Part shown: positions 8,238-19,689 of the stretch, piece by piece
Layout: each line of letters begins with the position of its first letter
How positions within the stretch are numbered: position 1 is the first letter of the stretch
From: Octopus sinensis
Taxonomy: Eukaryota
Assembly: GCF_006345805.1 (NCBI RefSeq)
Contig: NW_021823953.1
Span: 1 to 20,495 of the forward strand
DNA: 20,495 bases
Direction: 5' to 3'
The notes under the pieces: model-generated
Databases searched by the model: none
What the model was told of the DNA's origin: nothing
The model's input: the letters and a program-made list of their open reading frames with translations, nothing else
Program-made: the position numbers and the translations under genes

Positions 8238-9117
8238 AAGGTGTGGAGGTGAAGAGAATATTGTATTACAACCGACAGATGTCACAGGCATTCTGTACTT
8301 ACACTGTTTCTTTTTGACGAGGTCCAACATTTCAACAGAGAAAGAAAGAAGACAAGAACGAAAATTACTGAATGAACGAATAAAAACTGTAAAATGTCAA
8401 CTACTCTATTAAACGGGTATTTAATGAAAGACCGTGTGTATATGTATACGTCGTCTAAACACAAGCACATTTTATATTGGCTAGATGTATATACACAGAC
8501 ATAAGAACGCACAGCGAAAGAGTGCTGTCGCAACGCAACGTAGAGTAACTAACTACTGACAAGGCTTTGCAAGGAAACACGGCATCAGTTTTCCCCTGCT
8601 ACTACTACACTGCTTAAATTACCACTCGAGTTACAAGTATTAAACACGGGCGCTGCTGCTGAGAATGTTGTTGCTTTTCAGGTCTGCGTATTATCAAACA
8701 ACAAATGTCCACTACATTCCGACAAAACCCTTTTTGTGTGATATTTCAGGGATTTCTACAGAGGCATTTTAATGAGATAACTGGCGGCAGTGAACTGTAA
8801 AATGTGGTGTTGTTTTCTCTGTTCTCTCTCTTGAGTTTCTCCGTTACATTTAAAGAGATTCATACATTTTAATCACCTGGCAACGTTATTTCGTAAAATT
8901 TAAATCTGCTCCCATATAACTGAGAATTTCAGATTTTTTTTCTGTCTCTCCGCGTCTGATCAATAAGCAATTTTTCGTAATAATGACAACTTTCAGAAAG
9001 CAGCGAAATGAACCAGCGAGTTTAATAACGAACTGCTAGGCGAATATTTATTTTATATACACGAAAGAAATTACGGATAACCGTCCAGGAAAACATCATT
9101 TCTTCAACTCTACAACC

Positions 9118-10329
9118 ATGAGGACTTTATTTCTACCTGGAAAAAGATGCTGGACATATTTTTGTCTAATAGCACTGTTTAATTTGATAAGTCTTTATTT
9201 TGGTTGGACTCTCTTTGAGAATTTAACCCGAATCGGCAGTCGGCGACACCTTAGTAGTAGAACCAAACACGATATTACACCACAAATGAGAAGCTTCCTA
9301 AATGACATCGAAGACACTTCCTTGAAAACGTTACGTTTTGAACCTCTTCGGAAAAGGTCACATCGGAAATTCAAAAATGACCTGCTCTCACTTACACCTC
9401 GTAAGCGACCACCAGTAGCGCAGATGTCGTCTGCAACTAATATCTCTGTTCGTTCTTCGCCATCAAATTCGAAAGCAAAGAATGGTAAAAAGAAAATACA
9501 TGAAAACAGTCTGTTGATTTGGAAACAGAGTATATTTCAGGAAAAACCTAAAGACAATAACGGTTTCCCGAAGGGTACGGATAACAAAAAGAATAAAAAG
9601 AGACGTATAGCTTCGTCACGGAGCATTGAGTTTTTCAACACTCGAATGAACAATGATGATTTGAGAGCATTCACAGATATTTTGAGCCGATTTGTGGAAC
9701 TGGTAACTACTTACAACTTAACATATTTTCTTTACAGCGGAACCTTACTCGGTTCCTTCCGACATCACGGAATCATACCTTGGGACGATGATATGGATGT
9801 TATGATGAATGTAAGTGAAAAGCCCTTCATTCGGCAAGTCCTCTCAAGCCGTTCACCAAATTATATTCTCAACGATAAACAAGGCAAGCGTTGGAAATTT
9901 TATTCCACTTTGTCTCGTCCTATTCCTGGGATTTCGTGGTCGTGGCCCTATCTGGACATAAGTTTCTTCCGGGAGAATAAGACCCACATCTGGGACGCTG
10001 ATCCAACTTTCTCATCTTCTTATACATTCCATAGAAAAGATGTTTTTCCATTAAGTGATCGCCCATTTATGGACTCGATGCTACCGGCTCCTAAAAACAC
10101 GGGCCGTTTCTTGCGAAACCGTTATTCAATGAAAATGTGCAAATCTAACACCTACGATCATAAACTGGAAAGATTCGTTTCCAAATATCAACAAAAAACT
10201 ATCTCATGTGAGGCACTAGTATCTCTTTATCCATTTGTTACTCACCATAGTTTACCAAACGGGGGAGCAAATGAAACTCTGATTTTCAAAGGTACTGTCA
10301 TACGTTCGTTTTTGAGAAAATATGATTAA
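9118..10329 (+). CDS. LicD/fukutin-family (FKTN/FKRP-like) nucleotidyltransferase-fold phosphotransferase, type II membrane protein, 403 aa, uninterrupted CDS
   Basis: Only complex long ORF. Start context ACCATG with an in-frame upstream stop at 9037-9039. Hydrophobic segment at about aa 12-33. Family motif GTLLGSFRHHGIIPWDDDMD (aa 208-227, nt 9739-9798) and a third Asp in WPYLD (D280). Six N-X-S/T sequons after the TM segment. Orthology to fukutin or FKRP is not established. Confidence 0.92.
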   Translation: MRTLFLPGKRCWTYFCLIALFNLISLYFGWTLFENLTRIGSRRHLSSRTKHDITPQMRSFLNDIEDTSLKTLRFEPLRKRSHRKFKNDLLSLTPRKRPPVAQMSSATNISVRSSPSNSKAKNGKKKIHENSLLIWKQSIFQEKPKDNNGFPKGTDNKKNKKRRIASSRSIEFFNTRMNNDDLRAFTDILSRFVELVTTYNLTYFLYSGTLLGSFRHHGIIPWDDDMDVMMNVSEKPFIRQVLSSRSPNYILNDKQGKRWKFYSTLSRPIPGISWSWPYLDISFFRENKTHIWDADPTFSSSYTFHRKDVFPLSDRPFMDSMLPAPKNTGRFLRNRYSMKMCKSNTYDHKLERFVSKYQQKTISCEALVSLYPFVTHHSLPNGGANETLIFKGTVIRSFLRKYD

Positions 10330-10446
10330 AACGGGGTAAAAAAAAAAGCAAATAACAAAACAAAACAAAAAAAAAACACAACACAAACCATTTAACAATC
10401 AACAAAAAACAAAACATTGACAATTTTGCTCCTTCCATATTTCTGT

Positions 10447-10633
10447 CATATATACATATTTGTACAAACATGATATATACATACACACATATCCATTATA
10501 TGTGTGTGTATATATATACATACATATATGTATAATATATATATATTATATATATATATAAATATATGTATGTTGTATATATATACATACATACATACAT
10601 ATATATATATGTACGTATATATATTGTATATAT

Positions 10634-10684
<51 letters not shown>

Positions 10685-10694
10685 CATACATATT

Positions 10695-10726
<32 letters not shown>

Positions 10727-11216
10727 TATATATTATATCCAATATATATATATATATATAATATATATAATATTATGTATGTAAGTATATTGAAATGGTA
10801 TACATTTGAAAGAAAAATCCATTCAAAACGGAAACGGGGGATTTAACGACTTGATTGAAATCAAACCTTCACATCACTTGTTAAGTCAAAAATTGTTGAC
10901 AAGGCAAATGTTGATAAGCTTAACATTTGCCTTTTTCACACATTTGAATTTTATTTATTTATTAATTTATTCATTCATTTATTTATTCCTCTCTTTTTTT
11001 CTTGTACACGAATGTATAACGTTTAATATACACGTGTGTGTGTGTGTGTGTGTTTGTAAGTTTGTGTGCGTACATTGTTTGTGAGTAGATGTGTGTGTAC
11101 GTGTGTGTGTGCATGTAATATACATACATGCATGACAAACATAGAACATCAGAATAGATATACATTCGTTCGTACTGACGTAACTAAATGCATTCATTCT
11201 TACATTCCTACATGCA

Positions 11217-11266
<50 letters not shown>

Positions 11267-11381
11267 TATATATATATGTAATTCATACATACATACGTGC
11301 AAAGATGCGCACATATATGCATATACGCGTACGAACATACATACATACATACATAACATATCTATCAATCTATCTATCTAT

Positions 11382-11460
<79 letters not shown>

Positions 11461-11480
11461 CACACATACACACACAGTTA
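10447..11480. repeat. TA/CA/CATA/TCTA microsatellite blocks downstream of the CDS
   Basis: Tracts at about 10447-10782 and 11025-11480. Confidence 0.92.
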
Positions 11481-11944
11481 TTGACGGCTGCATGGCATCA
11501 ATATGTATACACACACGTGTATAGAAACCGAGGGACCGGGCTTATGACGATCATTGTGTATGGTGTATACTTAATATATATACAACGTGTGTATGTGTTT
11601 AAAAGCATAAACATAGGCAGCTGCAGCTACGAAACGTGTGCGTACGGAGCATTTTTGCTAACGAAACCCACACAACTTCTATTTACCTTCCCTGACATAC
11701 CTAATTTTTCGACTGCTACCTCCCATGTCTTTAATTAGTACGTGTTCCGTTCTTCTTAATTATATAGGTGAAGTACTCAGTAATTTATTTATCTAATTAG
11801 TTTTCCATTCTTCTTGGTGCTTTTGATGCCGCTGTTTACAATTTTCTTAGAACAAGTTCCTTTATCAATTGTTCAGATTTGTAAAGGTTCAAAATGCCGA
11901 TAGTAATATACATATTTAACAGTTACAAACAAACAATAAAACGA

Positions 11945-12220
11945 TGTTTATGTGTGTATACATATATATATACATATATATGCATATGTATATATATGTA
12001 AGTATATATGTGTGTGTATATATATGTATGTATATATATATGTACACATACAAACACACACAAACTCATGTATGCATATATATATATATATATACTTTGA
12101 TACTTTGATAGGTTTCGGCCATTATTGGCCCAGGCCATGTCTAACTTAATAGCACCACCTGGTGAAGTCTTTCAAGTCAGAATTTGGGCACTATGGCCCA
12201 CTCAATATATACACACATAC

Positions 12221-12254
<34 letters not shown>

Positions 12255-12741
12255 GTGTTTGTATGCATATATATATGTACACACACGCACACACGTATAT
12301 ATACACATGTATGTATGTGAAAATAAGTATATTTTATGTATATGTGCGTACGTATGTACTAGCCAAAAGAAGAAGAAGCTTCGCAACGTTCCTGTGTTTT
12401 GAAACAATATTTACATATCATCATCGCAGACTGGTTCTAAAGTCAGGGATGACGACGTTCCTCTATTTAACTTTTTCCCACTCTTGTTATACACACACTG
12501 CTGACCCTCCTTGTACTTACGATTTATGTAATACTGTGAGCACATTTCAAACGCACTCACACTCAACACACACACGCACGCACACACACACATATATATA
12601 CATACATATATATAATATTCATACATACATATATTGAGGCATCTATATTTCTTTTGAAATTTATCGTGTATTTCATTTGAATGATAGAAACACAAAACAA
12701 ATGCATAAACGAGACTTACATGTATGTATATATATATATAT

Positions 12742-12774
<33 letters not shown>

Positions 12775-12886
12775 AATATGTACATATAATACAATTTCCT
12801 ATATATATGTATATATGTATATACACACAAATATGTACACATATATCATATTTACATATATATATACATACATGTATAATATATAT

Positions 12887-12918
<32 letters not shown>

Positions 12919-13007
12919 AATATATTTATATATATATATAATATGTATACATTTCTAAAGATATATATATACATATGTATACATTCTAAAGATATTATAT
13001 ATATATA

Positions 13008-13052
<45 letters not shown>

Positions 13053-13070
13053 GTATAATTTCTAAAGATA

Positions 13071-13148
<78 letters not shown>

Positions 13149-13290
13149 CCACACACATATATATTGTGGTGTGAAATGTGAATTTGAGTATTGATATGAA
13201 TATGGGTGTAGGTGTATACGGATACACACACATATATATGTATGTATATGCATATATATGTTTGTGTGTGTGTATACATATATGCATGCA
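11945..13290. repeat. Multiple TA/TATG/CA microsatellite tracts
   Basis: Tracts at about 11945-12095, 12205-12350, 12565-12635 and 12720-13290. Confidence 0.9.
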
Positions 13291-13645
13291 TATGTGTGTG
13301 AGTATCTGTGCTCTTGTCTCGTTGACTTAGCTATGACCATACGTTACGTACGTAACTCCACTACTTCACTACTCTGTGTGTGTGTGTGTGTGTGTGTGAG
13401 TATTTGATTTGAAGAGTAACAGAAGGAGTGAGGAAGAGATAATTTTAAAGAGCAAAAGAGCATCTGAAAGAATTTAATTGCTAGTCATGCTGTCACCTTC
13501 ACTTGTGGAAAATTGTGCAACGCTTTTCTGTCACACATCGTCACACGTGAATGATTAGACACGAATCATGTAAAAATAATGTAAATTTACAAACATGTAT
13601 ATATGTATGTATGTATTTATGCATACATGCATTTTTGTTAATATA

Positions 13646-13752
13646 TATTATTCTTAAGCAAGAATATTATTGAGAGTGACTTTGAAGTGTCGGTCAGCTA
13701 AATCATCGCCGCACAAAGTCACAGTCAACGATATTCTTGTTTAAGAATAATA
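13646..13752. other. 39-bp inverted repeat (MITE-like or hairpin RNA)
   Basis: Arms 13646-13684 and 13714-13752 are 34/39 complementary, with a 29-nt spacer. Confidence 0.85.
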
Positions 13753-13829
13753 AATTTATACTCTACGAAAATATAGAGTAACCCATGAGATTAATGTAAA
13801 ACTATTTTTTTTTGTAACAAAACATAAAC

Positions 13830-13981
13830 ATTAATATATATACACATATATATATATATATACATACTTATGTATGTGTATATGTATATATGGAAGGATG
13901 GATGGATGTATACATAATATATATGTATATATACATATGTATATATGTTTATATACATACATATATATACATATGTATATA

Positions 13982-14033
<52 letters not shown>

Positions 14034-14290
14034 TTTATACACACACATACAAACATACACAAACACATGTATGTTTGCATATATACATTTATACATATAT
14101 ATATATACACATATATATATACACACACACATACATATATATGCATATGCACATACATACTTAAAATATTATTGATGGTACATTACCGATATTACATGTA
14201 TGGTGTGCATAGCACTTGATTTATATATACATACACACACAACACACACATACACACGCACGCACACACACACACACACACACACATAGT
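13830..14290. repeat. TA/TG/CA microsatellite field
   Basis: Continuous low-complexity tract. Confidence 0.93.
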
Positions 14291-14649
14291 ATGAGTCTTA
14301 GTATGTGTAAATTTGGGCAAGCACAGACCTACATATGTGAAGCGTGCGTGCATGTATGTGTTTGTGTGTGAATGTGTGTTATGTATGTGTGTGAATGCGT
14401 GTATATTTTTTGGGTAAAAAATCTTTTACCCAATTATCCAAGCTTTTGTCATTCCATTGGTAATGTTTCTTTCCAACATTTTGAAAATTTTTATTATATT
14501 ATTCATTTTTTTGTTTCTTTGCAAATCTATGGTATATATATATATATTGATTTATTTTTATATTTTCCAAATATCGATACGATACGATATACATAATTGT
14601 TTATTGAATGTCTTTTGATTTCGTTAGAGAAAGAGAGGAGAAAAAGCAA

Positions 14650-14709
14650 CATTGATGACCACGTTGACGATGAAGAGGAGGATGGGGGATATGGTGGTGG
14701 TGGTGGTGG

Positions 14710-14756
<47 letters not shown>

Positions 14757-15519
14757 GGGGGGGTGATGGTGGTGGTAGTGGTGGTGGTGATGGTGTTGGC
14801 AACAGCGTTGGTGTTAATTATATTCAACGACGTCAACGATGGCGGTGGCGCAGGTTTTGATGATGTCGATGGATGATGATGATGATGATGATGATTGATG
14901 ATGATGACGACGATGATGATGGCGACGACGATGATGATGATGATGATGATGAGGAGGAGGAGGAGGAAGAAGAGGATGATGAAGATAAAACCAAATAATT
15001 CGTTTCGTTTAAAGAAATAAAAAAAAAGAAAAGAAAAAAAACGGAAACGCAAACAAAAAAAATCGATATAGCCGTTTTCGTTTTTTTTTTATGGTTTTTT
15101 TACAATTATCATCATCGCCATCAGCAAGCATCACTCCAATCAGTACCATAATCGTCATCAACATCATCATCATCATCATATCCAACACCAATCATCGTCC
15201 GCATCATCATCATCATCATCACCAGCATCACCACCACCACCACCACCACCAACACCAACACCAACACCAACACACCACCATCATTCATTATCATCAATCA
15301 ATAAAATAGTCGTGATAGTGATGCTACAGCTGCTGCTGGTTCTGTTGCAGACGATGATGATGCTGACGACGAATGCCGGTGGTGATAAGGTTGTTTCCAT
15401 GAATTGATGGTGATCATGATGGCGATTAGTGGCCAAGTATAAGGTCTACATAACATTCTCGTGTTTCATAAGACGACGACGACGACGATGATTATTACGG
15501 AACTAATAGAAACGATGAT

Positions 15520-15552
<33 letters not shown>

Positions 15553-15580
15553 GTGGTGGTGGTGGTGGTGGTGGTAGTGA
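14650..15580. repeat. Trinucleotide arrays: GAT/GGT/GAG (14650-14985), CAT/CAC (15106-15300), GAT/GGT (15310-15580)
   Basis: Visible triplet runs that switch orientation. Confidence 0.93.
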
Positions 15581-15599
15581 TTACAAAATTGATTCGTGT

Positions 15600-15761
15600 A
15601 TCAATGTAGTATAAATATATATATATCTGTGTGTGTTTGCATGTATATATATATATACACATATATACATACATATATATATACATATATATATACATAT
15701 ATAAATATATATATACATATATAAATATAATATATACATATATATATTAATATATACATAC

Positions 15762-15803
<42 letters not shown>

Positions 15804-15969
15804 GCATATATGTATGTGTATATATATATATGAGTGTTTAAATATGTACGACTATATATATAAATGTATATCTCATATACATATCAATTTACATATGGTA
15901 TATACAAATATATATGCATATATATATACATATATATACCATATATACATATATACATATATGTACACA

Positions 15970-16044
<75 letters not shown>

Positions 16045-16090
16045 ATAATTGTGTGTGTATAGATAATACATACGTAAACACGCACACACG
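15600..16090. repeat. TA/TACA/TG microsatellite field
   Basis: Continuous low-complexity tract. Confidence 0.93.
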
Positions 16091-16385
16091 CATTTTTGTA
16101 GGTATTTTTTCCCTTTTTTCTTAAAAGTATTAACGTGATTCTGTGTTGAAAACCTGATACTTGTGTATTTAGGAGGTGTCGATCCAACACTACAAATAAT
16201 AATATTAATAATAACATAAAGTTTCGTTGTAGTTTGCATCGTCTGTTATAATCGATCTGTTAGTCTTTCATTACACATTTGTAACCTTAACAAAATGGCC
16301 CTCCCAAAACACTGCGATATACATATATATATATGTGTGTGTGTGTATGTGTATAGGTATATAGGTATATATATATATTGTGTGA

Positions 16386-16710
16386 GGGCGCGTGGCTTAG
16401 TGGTTAGGGCATTCGGCTCATGATCGTAAGGTTGTGAGTTCGATTCCCGCGACGCGTGTGTCCTTGAGCAAGACACTTTATTTTCACGTTGCTCCAGTCC
16501 ACTCAGCTGGCAAAAAAGGAGTTGTACTTGTATTTCAAAGGGTCAGCCTTGTACTCTCTGTGTCACGCTTGATTATCCCCGAGAACTACGTTAAGGGTAC
16601 ACGTGTCTGTGGAATGCTCAGCCATTTGCAACGTTAATTTCACGAGCAAGCTGTTCGTTGATCGTATCAGCTGGGACCCTCGTCGTCGTAACCGGCGGAG
16701 TCTTTTTTTT
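16386..16710 (+). mobile_element. SINE family B, full-length tRNA-derived SINE
   Basis: Consensus A-box TGGCTTAGTGG (16393-16403) and B-box GTTCGATTC (16438-16446). Anticodon-loop-like CTCATGA. Central GTGTCCTTGAGCAAGACACTT block. Ends in a T8 run (potential Pol III terminator). Confidence 0.88.
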
Positions 16711-16711
16711 A

Positions 16712-17017
16712 AAATATATATATGTATGCATATAGCTATATATACATGTATGTAGATACATATATATGTACATATATATATACATATGTTTATATGTATG
16801 TATGTATGTATGTATACATACATATATGTATGTATATATATATATACATGTATATAACTTGTATATTTATATGTATACGGATATGTATATATGTACATGT
16901 GTGTGTGTGTATATATACATACACATATATATATATACATAATGATTATACTTTTAAATACACATATATGTTTACATGTACGTGTGCATATATGCATATA
17001 TAGGGTATATATATCTA

Positions 17018-17059
<42 letters not shown>

Positions 17060-17180
17060 AATATACATACGTACGTACATACATAGGACATACATACATA
17101 ACATACATACATACACACATTACAACATACATAATACAGAACCACACACAATGCATCATACATACACGAACACACACAAC
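16712..17180. repeat. TA/TATG/CATA microsatellite field
   Basis: Continuous low-complexity tract directly after the SINE. Confidence 0.92.
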
Positions 17181-17859
17181 GACTACACATTTTATGTGAC
17201 TGTGATAAGCTGTTGATAATTGTTGTTAAGCTGCTGATTATAAAGATGGTACTGACGCCGATGATGAATGTGACGGATGAAGATAGCGGTGGTCGCAACA
17301 GTAATTAGTTGCACAGGCGACGACGTTAAAAGGAAAAAAAATTTTAAATTGTGATAAAGCCATAACAGTTGTTATCGTTTGTTGTTGTTGTTGTTGTTGT
17401 TGTTTTTGTTGTTCTTGTTACTGCTGTTGCAACTTGTTGTTTTTGTTGTTATATTTGCAATTGCTTTTTTTTTTTTTTTTTTTTTTTTACTTTGAACCCA
17501 CGTTTCCGCTTGTAATACGTTTGCTTGCTAACATTATTTTTCCGCCAATGTTACGGTTGTTGTTATTTTTGACGCCATGTTAACGCTGGTAATGATAATG
17601 ATCATGAAGTTGGCAGTGCTAATGGTGATAGAGCGACGGAGGTGGCGGCGATGATGTTGGTCTTGTTGCTGGCATTGGTTGATGGTGAGGTATATATATA
17701 TATATAGTAGGAATCGTTGTTATTAGTGAATAGTCAAATTATAAAGGCGAAAAACATAGCAAGGCTGGCTGGAGTTTATAGTGAAACAGAGAGAGCATGG
17801 CATGTATGGGAACCGTAGCTGATCAATCAATCAATCAATACATACATTACATACATACA

Positions 17860-17892
17860 CAATGTTGTACACTGGTTGCTCTCACACATACA

Positions 17893-17953
<61 letters not shown>

Positions 17954-18003
17954 ATATATATATATATATCATATAATATACATATATATACATACGTATA
18001 TAC

Positions 18004-18043
<40 letters not shown>

Positions 18044-18068
18044 CTACATGCATATATATATATATATA
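17860..18068. repeat. TG/TA microsatellite
   Basis: Visible dinucleotide runs. Confidence 0.93.
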
Positions 18069-18069
18069 T

Positions 18070-18270
18070 CTTTTACTTGTTTCAGTCATTGACTGCGGCC
18101 ATGCTGGAGCACCGACTTTAGTCGAACAAATCGACCCCAGGACTTATTCTTTGTAAGCCTAGTACTCATTCTATCGGTCTCTTTTGCCGAACAGCTAAGT
18201 TACGGGGACGTAAACACACCAGCATCGGTTGTCAAGCGATGTTGGGGGGGGGGAGCAAGCACAGATACAC
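18070..18270 (-). mobile_element. SINE family A, 3' module only
   Basis: Reverse complement is colinear with 3479-3675, including CATCGCTTGACAACCGATGCTGG. No tRNA head follows. Confidence 0.9.
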
Positions 18271-18383
18271 AAACACATGTATTATATGGGCGAAGGTAAA
18301 ATGTTTTACCTCAAATTCATTCTATTCCTCCATTTTCTTATTTTGTATTATAAATAAATATATATATATTTATTTATACACAC

Positions 18384-18416
<33 letters not shown>

Positions 18417-18719
18417 CATATATATATATAGGTACATAATATCATCCGTCGTTAGCCCAGCTCCTAGTCGCCTCACCGTACCTCAAGAGATGGCACAATT
18501 CCGTTCTGTAACATTGCTTTGACATTTTGTTGATTTCGCCCTTCAACGTTTCCAAACTTACTTGCTAACATTCTTGTTCAACCTACATCCTTAATTACAC
18601 AACCTTTACGAACACACTACTGTGACATAATAATAATAATAATAATAATATATCTCTTGTTATACGTGTCCAGGGACTGTTTATCTGTACACTTATGGGT
18701 CAGTGTGTGCCTGCGCGTG

Positions 18720-18965
18720 AGCTGTATATGTCTGTGTGTCTACATGTATGTATGCATAAATATATATGTATGTATACATACATAGATATATGTATGCATA
18801 TATATACATCATATATGTATATATATGTATCTATATATATATCTATACATATAATATATATGTATATATATATGTGTGTGTGTGTACATGTTCAATTATT
18901 TACCTCTACTTCATGACTCCAAGTTATAAGTGTGTTTGTGTGTGTGTGATAGTGTATATGTGTGC
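18720..18965. repeat. TA/TG microsatellite field
   Basis: Low-complexity tract. Confidence 0.9.
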
Positions 18966-19103
18966 ATATATACGCCTGTAATTATATGTGTGCATGTATA
19001 GACCAGTGCGTGTGCGTACATGTCTTTCAAACTTATTTATATGATTAATAAATTCTCTTTAATGAAGTTTCCTCTTGTTTTCATTGTTTTTTTTTATTTA
19101 CTG

Positions 19104-19667
19104 TTTATTTTTATCTTTCACTTGTTTCAGTCATTGACCCGTGGCCATGCTGGGGCAATTTCTTGACGGGTGTAGTTGTTTTTTTATAGTGGTGCTTATT
19201 TGTCGAACTGCTATGGTAAGGGAGACGTAAACAAAGTAATAGCGGTTGTCAAACGGTAGCGTGGAGATAAACACACACCTCACACGCTCACAAGCAACAT
19301 ACACTCCTCACAAAACACACACATTTCACACGTACGCACACAATACACATACCTAACACATACACCACACAAACCTCACATACACACACAGATCACACAC
19401 ACACTTCACACGCACACATGCAACTTGCATACCTCGCACGCAACACACACACACACCTCATGCGTATGCACACAATACACACTCCTCACGCACACACATA
19501 TATATGATGGGCTTCCACACAGTTTCCTTCTGCCAAATACCGTCTCAAAGCATTGGTCGGCCCAAGGCTATAGCAGAAGCAACTTGGCCAAGGTACCCCG
19601 CAGAGTGGGAGTGAAACCGACACCGTGTGATTGTAGAGCGGGTTTTTTTACCATACGATAATGCCTA
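19104..19667 (-). mobile_element. SINE family A, diverged full-length copy with expanded internal CA-rich tract
   Basis: 3' module about 19104-19270 (CTTGTTTCAGTCATTGA..GGCCATGCTGG; GACGTAAAC; GGTTGTCAA). CA-rich spacer about 19270-19505. 5' module about 19505-19667 (GGTCGGCCCAAGGCTATAGCAGAAG..CCAAGGTACC). Confidence 0.8.
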
Positions 19668-19689
19668 TTATGACTATGTGAGGGTAGTA

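Noticed and set aside
8296-8345. Minus-strand CUGUUGAA ... GAAACAGUGUA, similar to the HHR3 core
   Set aside because: Stem I is only 2 bp and stem II is weak and not closed; insufficient support.
8670-8996. Candidate splice acceptors upstream of the CDS (AG at 8680-8681, 8834-8835, 8995-8996)
   Set aside because: Several equally plausible sites exist and cannot be chosen without transcript data.
11935-11940. AATAAA as polyadenylation signal of the LicD gene
   Set aside because: The hexamer is common in AT-rich DNA and there is no evidence fixing the 3' end.
12100-12134. Minus-strand GGCCA-AUAA-UGGCC-GAAAC, like stem II plus GAAA
   Set aside because: The core is reduced to CUG and there is no stem I complement; only a possible remnant.
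18440-18650. Unique segment ending in (TAA)n, resembling a LINE 3' end
   Set aside because: No second copy and no coding remnant in the window to support it.
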